Assembly (NCBI GenBank): GCA_016699425.1
Contig: CP064975.1
Span: forward strand, 2,979 to 66,978
DNA: 64,000 nucleotides
Source of the DNA: Candidatus Moraniibacteriota bacterium
GTDB lineage: Bacteria; Patescibacteriota; Minisyncoccia; Moranbacterales; UBA1568
Direction of reading: 5' to 3'
Position 1 is the first letter of the stretch, and each line of letters opens with the position of its first letter. Under the pieces are notes generated by a model. That model did not search any database and was not told the origin of the DNA. It worked only from the letters and a program-made list of their open reading frames with translations. This document shows, one piece after another, positions 31,434 to 39,361 of the stretch. The position numbers were made by a program, and so were the translations under genes.

Positions 31434-32280
31434 ATGCATAAATCGATGAGAGTTCGACACCTCGCTTGTTTGGTGGTAGTTCTCGGTGTGGGCATGGCTT
31501 TCGTTCCGTCTACTCAGGCGGTTGATTACCTCGGATCGACCGGAGTAGGGGAAACCTGGGAGACTCCGACCACCATCCCGACGAACTGGCCCTATCAGCA
31601 GTCCGCTTCGAACAGCTGTTCGCAGGCGAGTTGGAACGGCTGGGCAGGACGTGGCCTGGGGCGATACGACGACCGAAGTGAAGGACACCTCCGGCAACGG
31701 GGACCACGGCGACGCGACGAATATGTCGACTGCTTCCGCCACTCCGGGTCGTATCGGGCAGGCGCTGAACTTCGACGGAGTGAATGACTATATTGCATTG
31801 GGGTCACCTGCTGTACTGGACGATATCGTCAATCTGACAACATGCGCGTGGGTCAACCCGGACGGTACGGCTGATGGGAGTATCGTCACCAAGGATGATT
31901 CTACAACCGGCTGGAACGTGTACTACACTGAGGCGGATGGTCGCGCACGCTTCGTACGGGGGTGGTCGGGCGGTGACGCTTTTTGGCAGACGGGCAGTGG
32001 GGTAATTCCAGATAGTACATGGACGCATATTTGTCTCTCATACAACGATAGTTCAACCACCAATGATCCAGCGTTCTACATCAATGGCGCCCTGGTCTCG
32101 TCCACGGAAACGGTAGCTCCGTCCGGGACGCCCAATAGCGATGCGACCTTCGTAGGGGCGATTGGGTCATATGGCAATGGCTTGAATGATTTTTTCGACG
32201 GCAAGATCGACGAAGTCCGGGTGTACAACCGGGTGATCACGTCCGCCGAAGTGACTCAGCTGTATAATCTGGGGCGGTAG
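31434..32280 (+). CDS. Short secreted LamG-domain cassette, copy 2 (one frameshift at ~31655: ggcag versus ggccag)
   Basis: Signal peptide, then WPYQQSASNSCSQASWNGWAG, then a LamG domain like domain 3 of the 12713 protein. It ends LYNLGR. Confidence 0.65.
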
Positions 32281-32313
32281 CCTCTTATAAAAATGAATGA
32301 GCAGTACTGCAGC

Positions 32314-32358
32314 GACACCACAGCGCCTGCTGTGCCGAGGGGGCTCGGAGTACAGTGA
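32314..32358 (+). repeat. Cassette-boundary element copy k (intergenic, diverged: TTAPAVPRGLGVQ*)
   Basis: GACACCACAGCGCCTGCTGTGCCGAGGGGGCTCGGAGTACAGTGA. Confidence 0.7.
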
Positions 32359-32369
32359 TTTGAAATGGT

Positions 32370-33294
32370 ATGACTGGAAATTCCTTCGGAAGGAGACGAG
32401 CTTCAGTGGCAGTCGTGGTCATCAGTCTATTCGTTGCACCATCGGCGGCGGAAGCTACAGTCTACATTAACCAAAATGCTGAATCCCTCACGTGTGGAGC
32501 GAATATTCCGGAGTCAGTTTTTTGGCCGGGGGGCGATGGGAATCCAACGGCGGCCACGGGGCATGTGAATTGTGGAGGTGCTCCTCAAGGCAATAAGTAT
32601 TTTGAGTGGACCACGGTTGCCGGGCAGGGGGACGGCGGGAAATTCAACTCCCGTGGGACCCACGAGACCGACCCCGAATTTGCTCGGGACGACGATTTAC
32701 CTCGGCATGTATTTTAATTTCACTCGGATCAACGGGGTGGATATATGGTACAAGCCTGGAAATGATACCGGCGATAAAGGAACTGAATTATTTGGAAATG
32801 GTATTCGCTGGGATATCGGTCAAGGGTGGGGCACGTGGGGTGGTACGCAAGGATCAGTCGGACACTATACGATATGGGAAGCGAATCCGTCGTTTCACCT
32901 CAACCCTTCAATCGAATACTATGATGCGATTCCCAATAATCGAGGGGGGTATGGAGTAGGGCATTCCGTGCAGCTCGCGTATGACACCTGGCACTCACTC
33001 GTCCGAGTGATCAGGTTTTCGAATACCAATACGGGGTACGTTGCATTGTATGCTGATGGTGTCCTTATTTCAGAATATGACAATATAATCACTGCAGCGA
33101 ACAATACTCCAGACATCGACATCATCGGACTCGGTGGAACGATGTGTCAGCCAGCGTATGATTGCCCGCCCCATCACCGAAGATATGATGCATTCTTACT
33201 CACCGACAGCTGGCAAGATATCGTAAACGGTGGTTATCTCGGTGGGAGTGACACCACCCCTCCTGCGGCGCCGACAGCGCTCGGGGTGCAGTGA
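32370..33294 (+). CDS. Secreted protein, family C (one frameshift ~32700), ending DTTPPAAPTALGVQ (element copy l, 33250-33294)
   Basis: Signal peptide AVVVISLFVAPSAAEA. The C-terminal body resembles the fragment at 34804-35157. Confidence 0.6.
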
Positions 33295-33329
33295 TTGCGC
33301 GAGACACGATGTCATGTTAATCTGTACGT

Positions 33330-33908
33330 ATGAGTACAGAAAAAATGGACGGTAAAAACGAGCGATTCACGTACTTGGCTCGCTCCGGCGAGACGGTGTT
33401 CCATGCGCGTGACCTGGCTAACTTGTGGGGAATCACCAGCGCGAATACGCTCTATACGACGCTCAAACGATATGCTCAAACCGGGGTACTGTTTCGTATC
33501 TACAAGGGTTTCTACTCTCTCCACCCACCATCAGAGATCAATCCGTATCTCCTGGGTGTTAAAGCACTGCATCAATACGCCTACGTCAGTACCGAAACAA
33601 TCCTGAGCCGCGAGGGCATCATCAATCAGCCGATGCGACACATCACTCTGGTGAGCGCACAATCGAAACATCTGACCATCGGGCAACGACAGTATCTTTC
33701 CAGAAGATTGCGGGCCGCTTTCTTGTTTAATAATGCCGGTGTCGTTGAGAAGGACGGAGTGTACTTTGCAAGTGTCGAGCGGGCGGTTGCCGATATGCTC
33801 TATTTCAACCCACGTTTTCATTTCGATGCAGAGGCACTTATTGACTGGAAAAAGGTCAGGCGAGTGCAACAGCAAGTGGGGTATTTGCCAATAACGAGAA
33901 ATATATGA
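33330..33908 (+). CDS. AbiEi-family antitoxin / transcriptional regulator (type IV TA)
   Basis: 192 aa N-terminal wHTH protein. It overlaps the downstream AbiEii gene by 4 nt (ATGA). Confidence 0.65.
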   Translation: MSTEKMDGKNERFTYLARSGETVFHARDLANLWGITSANTLYTTLKRYAQTGVLFRIYKGFYSLHPPSEINPYLLGVKALHQYAYVSTETILSREGIINQPMRHITLVSAQSKHLTIGQRQYLSRRLRAAFLFNNAGVVEKDGVYFASVERAVADMLYFNPRFHFDAEALIDWKKVRRVQQQVGYLPITRNI

Positions 33909-34654
33909 TATTACCCCACCCCGAAGATGCCATTCATAAGGCCTGGCTGTACCGGCTCCTCTCCGCATTGGTCGACGATATGATGCTCGCTTCCGTCTTG
34001 CGTTTCAAGGGCGGGACATGTGCCGCTATGCTCGGCTATCTGGACCGATTTTCCGTTGATCTGGATTTCGATCTTGTCGTAGCGACCGCAGAAGCACTTC
34101 CATCTATCCGAGAGAAGATGGAAGCGGTATTTACTGGCCTCGGATTGGAGATCAAGGATGCGAGCAAAAATACCGCACAATATTTCTTGCGGTACCCTGT
34201 CGTGGGAAACAAGAGAAACTCGCTGAAGGTGGACGTCACCTTTCCGCCGGTATCCGCGAACAAATACCAGACGGTGCGTTTGCCAGAAATTGACCGACTG
34301 GTCGCGTGTCAGAGCGTCGAGACGATGTTTGCGAACAAGCTCGTGGCCCTGATTGACCGTTACGAAAAGAACGAGTCGTTGGCCGGAAGGGACGTGTATG
34401 ACATCCATCATTTCTTTTTGCGCGGTTTTCGGTACACCGATGAGGTGATTCGAGAGAGGCGCGGGACGGATTTGGAGACATTTTTTCGACAGCTTTTTAA
34501 TTTTGTGGAAAAGCATGTCACCGAGAAAGTGCTTACGGAAGATCTGAATTCGCTTCTCCCATATGCGGAGTTTTCTAAACTGCGCAAAGTATTAAAACAA
34601 GAGACGCTGATGTTTTTGCATGATGAGCGGACGCGGGTGTGCGGGAAGAAATAG
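33905..34654 (+). CDS. Nucleotidyltransferase AbiEii/AbiGii toxin family protein (DUF1814)
   Basis: RFKGGTCAAMLGY...DRFSVDLDFD NTase motif and C-terminal domain. Confidence 0.8.
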   Translation: MILPHPEDAIHKAWLYRLLSALVDDMMLASVLRFKGGTCAAMLGYLDRFSVDLDFDLVVATAEALPSIREKMEAVFTGLGLEIKDASKNTAQYFLRYPVVGNKRNSLKVDVTFPPVSANKYQTVRLPEIDRLVACQSVETMFANKLVALIDRYEKNESLAGRDVYDIHHFFLRGFRYTDEVIRERRGTDLETFFRQLFNFVEKHVTEKVLTEDLNSLLPYAEFSKLRKVLKQETLMFLHDERTRVCGKK

Positions 34655-34744
34655 TCCGCGGTGCCTACCTCTTGAGAAACAGCAGCAACATTGCAGTTGT
34701 CAGCGTTCAATTTAAGTTCGATGGTACCAACCTCTCCGTCGAAG

Positions 34745-34860
34745 ACACCACCCCTTCCGACACCACTCCTCCCACCTCACCGACGAGTCTCGCCGTCGAG
34801 TAATTGGAGGCGGTCGGGGGGTATGATTGGCAGTGTTATTTGGAGGTCGAACCTCCAAAT
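34745..34860 (+). repeat. Second repeat family, copy 2 (..DTTPPTSPTSLAVE* + GCCGTCGAGTAATTGGAGGCGGTCGGGG...CAGTGTTATTTGGAGGTCGAACCTCCAA)
   Basis: Matches 17110-17255. Confidence 0.6.
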
Positions 34861-35157
34861 GAAAATGTGCAGTTCAAGTTCCAGTATAATTCAGGCAGCG
34901 GATCACCCGGGACTGGGAACACGGCAATCTGGATCGACGATACCCAGATTTATACGGCGACGGATGACTGGGTCGATGGGAACAAGGGCTTTAACTATAT
35001 CCTCCTCTCGGACTTCTTCTCGGATCGGGATGGATCGAGCTTCACCGCTCAGATCGATTTTGATGACTTGCGTGTGACTGACACTCGCCCTGCGATGCCG
35101 AGCGGCGGTGGCGACACCACCCCGCCAGCTGCGCCGACGGGGCTCGCCAGAGAGTAA
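34804..35157 (+). pseudogene. C-terminal remnant of a family C-like cassette, ending DTTPPAAPTGLARE (element copy m, 35113-35157)
   Basis: No credible N-terminus. The frame continues through the upstream TAA of repeat copy 2. Confidence 0.5.
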
Positions 35158-35187
35158 CCCTCGGAGGCCGACTGGGTTGGGGGTACA

Positions 35188-36741
35188 ATGAAAACTATGC
35201 GTTTGAAGAGTTCGGGTCTATTGTTTCAGCTGCCACATAAGTCTGTCATATGCGGAGTGTTTCTCTTCGCCTTGGTCGGACTGTTTGCATTCTCAGGAAT
35301 GATCGCGCAGGCCGCGACATACTATGTCGGCAAATCCGGTTCAAACAGCAACACGTGCGGGACGGCGACGAGTAGCACGGCAGCTAACCGGAAATTGACG
35401 GTATCGGCCGGACTGGGCTGCTTGTCTGCCGGCGATACCCTTACGATTGGCGATGGCACGTACAGCGAAACGCTGCAATCGATTCCCAATGGCACGTCCG
35501 GCAACTACATTGTCGTTCGCGCCGAGAATAATCACAGCGTTGTGATGACCGGGTTGTCGATGATCAACACCGATGCCTATATCAATGTCATTGGCATCAA
35601 TTTTCGCAGCGGCAACAACGGTAAAGAAATCCTCGGCAATCATCTGAAGTTCCAGAAGTGCGAATTCCGTGGCGGGGCGTCGAGCGGTAACCAAGTCAAT
35701 TTGCTCATTGGCTCAAACGACTTCAACGACACTGCCGACATTCTGCTTGAAGACATCGTGGTGCACGGAGTGGCAAACGGGCGCTACAACGTCCTCGTCT
35801 ACAACGCTGATCGCGTGGTGCTGCGACGTGCCGTGATCCGCCACGACGGCGGTTGGACCGGGCCGAGCAACCCGTCAAGCGGAATCAATTTCTACGTCAG
35901 CAGCGACTCATGGTGCCTCAACTGCGTCGTGCTGGACTCGCTCGCCTCGCTCGACTGGTCAGGCGCGTTCTACATGGTCAAAAACTCGTCGGTGGCGCAT
36001 GCCAACAATGGTAACGGCATCGTCGGATCAATCATCCTCAATAATCCCGACCTGGGCCTGCGGATGGATGCATCGGCCTCGGGGAATGACATCAGCAACG
36101 TGACGTTGACGGACAATGTGCTGTGGGACAACGCCAACGGTGGCATTGCAATGTGTTGTGCCGGCAGTGTCACATCGACCTCGACGCGGCTCACCATTGG
36201 ACGCAGTACCGTGACGTTGTCCGGTGATTGGAAGGGCGGTATCGGCGATTTTTCAGCTGGGTCGAACACAGCAATCAGCTCGATCTTCCACGATATAGAT
36301 GCGGATGTCAGCGGCATGACTGCCACTTACTGCGACACGTTTTCCAACCTATCGACCAACTGTTCGACAACTGGCCGACAGACCTACGATCCACTGAGTA
36401 ATGGCTTGCTCTACCTGCCGCGCATCGAAGCAGCGTCGAACCTCAAGACAGCGGGCAGTGGTGGCGGGCAGCTCGGGGCGCAGATCGTCAACAAGATTGG
36501 TACTGACGGCACGCTGCAGGGCGAGAGCGGCTGGAATACGGACACGGGAAATGTGCTGTGGCCGTGGCCCGACGAATCGTGGGTTAAACAGGTGATGTGC
36601 ACAGATGTGAGCATCACGCGCGGATTTTGTGGCAGTGCGTCGCTCACTCAGTACATCATGAACTACCTCGGTAACGGTAACCCGTATAGTGGCACCGACA
36701 CTACTCCTCCCGCTGCGCCGACGGGGTTGGGAGTGAATTGA
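35188..36741 (+). CDS. Secreted right-handed parallel beta-helix (pectate-lyase-fold) protein, ending DTTPPAAPTGLGVN (element copy n, 36697-36741)
   Basis: Signal anchor, then TYYVGKSGSNSNTCGT and repeated G/N-rich beta-helix rungs. The ATG overlaps the TACAATG of a partial element copy at 35165-35190. Confidence 0.7.
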   Translation: MKTMRLKSSGLLFQLPHKSVICGVFLFALVGLFAFSGMIAQAATYYVGKSGSNSNTCGTATSSTAANRKLTVSAGLGCLSAGDTLTIGDGTYSETLQSIPNGTSGNYIVVRAENNHSVVMTGLSMINTDAYINVIGINFRSGNNGKEILGNHLKFQKCEFRGGASSGNQVNLLIGSNDFNDTADILLEDIVVHGVANGRYNVLVYNADRVVLRRAVIRHDGGWTGPSNPSSGINFYVSSDSWCLNCVVLDSLASLDWSGAFYMVKNSSVAHANNGNGIVGSIILNNPDLGLRMDASASGNDISNVTLTDNVLWDNANGGIAMCCAGSVTSTSTRLTIGRSTVTLSGDWKGGIGDFSAGSNTAISSIFHDIDADVSGMTATYCDTFSNLSTNCSTTGRQTYDPLSNGLLYLPRIEAASNLKTAGSGGGQLGAQIVNKIGTDGTLQGESGWNTDTGNVLWPWPDESWVKQVMCTDVSITRGFCGSASLTQYIMNYLGNGNPYSGTDTTPPAAPTGLGVN

Positions 36742-36885
36742 GGAGAGAGGGTTTTTCAATGCCCGATTCACAGTTTTCAATGAAGACGAATTGAACCGAT
36801 AGTTCAATCATGTGCCTTGCTCCTCGGCTAATTCCGTGTCATACTGCTTTCGCCGTATTTGGCGTTTTCTTTTTTTCTCCACCCC

Positions 36886-38344
36886 AATGGCTCGCGACAG
36901 CGTCGTTCTCCGATTCGACAAGGTGTCCTTCGAACACGGACACAAGAAACCCATCCTCGATGAGGTGAGTTTTGCGGTGCGGCGGGGAGCGAAGCTGACG
37001 CTCATGGGGCAGAACGGCGCGGGTAAAAGCTCGCTCTTTGGACTCATCACGGGCGAGTCAAAGCCGCAGAGTGGCCGCATCTCGATTGATCGCGATGAGA
37101 CGGTCGCCATCGGCCGGCAGACAATTCCTCGACACCAACTCGATCTCACAGTCCTGGACTATTTCCAGCAGTTCTTCCACGAGAAACAGTGGGATCTGCC
37201 AAAACATATCGAAAACGTGCTCGAGGTGGTCCATCTCCCCATGCCACCCTTGGATCGGACCATCCGAGAGTTCAGCGGCGGCCAGCAGGCGCGGCTCCTC
37301 CTCGCTTCGGCCCTCATTCAGAATCCAGACATTCTCCTCCTTGACGAGCCGACGAACAATCTCGATGCCGAGGGGATCGCTCATCTGACCCAGTTCCTCA
37401 TTGATTATGACAAGACGGCGATCGTCATCTCGCACGACGCGGACTTTTTGAACTCTTTCACTCACGGCGTGCTGTACCTCGATATCTTCACGCACACCAT
37501 CGAGCAGTACACGGGCGACTACTACGATGTCATCGAGGAAATCGCGAAGCGCATCGCCAAGGCCGAGAGTGAAAACGTCCGCCTGGAGCGCACGATCAAG
37601 GAGAAGAAGGACCAGGCGAATGTCTTTGCCAACAAGGGTGGTAAGCTCCGTGCCGTGGCCAAGCGCATGCGGACGCTCGCCGAAGACCTGGAAGAAAATA
37701 AGGTGGATGTTCGGAAAGAGGACAAGACACTGCCAGCGTTTGAGATCCCAACGCACGGTGTTGTTGGACCGATCGTTGATATCAAGACGGTGTCCCTCAT
37801 TGCACCCTTGGGGCCCGCCGTGAAGCGGGTTGACCTCGTCCTGAAGAAAAACATGCACCTCCTTGTGACGGGGCCGAACGGCATCGGCAAGAGTACCTTC
37901 CTCGAAGCGCTCGCGACCGGGGACACGGACCGGGCGATCATCACCTCGGGGGTGAAAGTCGGCTACTACCGGCAGGATTTCTCGACGCTGGACTTCAATG
38001 AGACCGTCGCCAACACGCTCCTCGCCGCGATGGATGAGAAGAATATCCAGCTCGCCTATGCTATCGCTGCGAAATTCCTTATCCCCGCGGAACTCCTCCA
38101 GAACAAAGTCGATAGTCTGTCCGAAGGTCAGAAGGGACTCCTTATGTTTGCCTGTCTCTATGCTGAGCGGCCGGACCTCCTCATCCTCGACGAGCCGACC
38201 AATCACATCAATTTCCGCCACTTGCCGGTGATCGCCGCTGCCCTCGACCAGTACCAGGGCGCGATGATCCTGGTCTCCCACGTGCCCGATTTCGTTGCTC
38301 AGATCAGGATCGATGAGGTGCTTGATCTCGAGAAGCTGATCTAG
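36886..38344 (+). CDS. ABC-F family ATPase (two ABC domains, no TMD)
   Basis: Two Walker A motifs (GQNGAGKSS; GPNGIGKST) and two signature motifs (LSGGQQ; LSEGQK). Confidence 0.85.
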
Positions 38345-38423
38345 ATCGTCTCTATACTCTCTGTCGATGAGATATAAGAAATGGCTTAGATAAAGCAATC
38401 TTTGGTTTATCGGGTGTGCTACT

Positions 38424-39320
38424 ATGGAGGTGATTCAATCAGTTACTATGCCCGGGGACACCCAACAGGAAAAGCAGCGTTTGGTGGCCAGAGGGATAGC
38501 CGTCTCGGTCATTCTTATCTCGGCAGTGTTCGTGATTTTTTTTCTCCAGCCCTCGCCTCGTTCCAAACCCGCTACGAGTGGATCGGACGGGGAAAAAAGT
38601 CGAAGCCTGCACGGGTCTTTCATCGACACCATCGTCGAAGAGACACGGATAATTGGAGAAGAGGTCGTAGAAGCGATCATTCATCCCGGATCAAATAAAG
38701 ACACTACGGATGGATCGGGTGAGTCGGACTATTATCTCCATGAACAGATCTCGGCGACACTATTCTGGGTCGGAGAAAAGGCAAATGACGACAATCAAGA
38801 CATCCCCAATAGTCGGAGCGCTTGGGATGACGCTTGGCAAGACCACTATGGTGGATTTGATGATCCTGTTAAGCGAGACACTGATTATTTCCCCAGCGAC
38901 TTCACGCCAAGAGAGAACCCGTATTACTTTGCTCTGCCCTTCAATGACTTCGATGAAGATGGTGAGCGGAAGCCGGAAGTCCAAACCCTCGTTCCATGGA
39001 GCGGGGAGCGAACCTGGGGGACGAGGGAATCCATGCTGAAGAATCGCTGGATCAAGATCATCAGTGGAGAGAAGACAGCCTATGCCCAGTGGGAAGACGT
39101 CGGCCCATTTGATGAGGATGATGCCACGTATGTGTTTGGAGAGGCTGAGCCAAAGAGTCAGGAGAATAAGCATGCGGGTCTCGATCTCTCACCGGCCGTG
39201 AACGGATACCTCGGTTTGGATGGTGAGGACGCAGTCGATTGGCAATTCATTGAAGAGCAAGATGTGCCGGATGGTCCCTGGAAGGAAATAATCACTCGTT
39301 CCCAGATCACCTGGAAATAA
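38424..39320 (+). CDS. Hypothetical membrane-anchored protein (298 aa)
   Basis: N-terminal TM helix and an acidic, W-rich ectodomain. No recognised motif. Confidence 0.4.
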   Translation: MEVIQSVTMPGDTQQEKQRLVARGIAVSVILISAVFVIFFLQPSPRSKPATSGSDGEKSRSLHGSFIDTIVEETRIIGEEVVEAIIHPGSNKDTTDGSGESDYYLHEQISATLFWVGEKANDDNQDIPNSRSAWDDAWQDHYGGFDDPVKRDTDYFPSDFTPRENPYYFALPFNDFDEDGERKPEVQTLVPWSGERTWGTRESMLKNRWIKIISGEKTAYAQWEDVGPFDEDDATYVFGEAEPKSQENKHAGLDLSPAVNGYLGLDGEDAVDWQFIEEQDVPDGPWKEIITRSQITWK

Positions 39321-39361
39321 AAGTGCCATCCGCTACGGCGCTCAAGAACAAGAAGTAGAAA

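Noticed and set aside
12713-32280. LamG/lectin-fold variable proteins considered as a diversity-generating retroelement target
   Set aside because: No reverse transcriptase, no TR/VR pair with adenine-specific mismatches, and no IMH-like element. The variation looks recombinational instead.
12621-36741. Periodic 45-nt repeats considered as a CRISPR array or integron attC series
   Set aside because: Spacing is gene-length (0.8-5 kb), not 30-40 nt, and the intervening DNA is coding. There is no cas, no intI, and no attC-like R''-L''/L'-R' symmetry.
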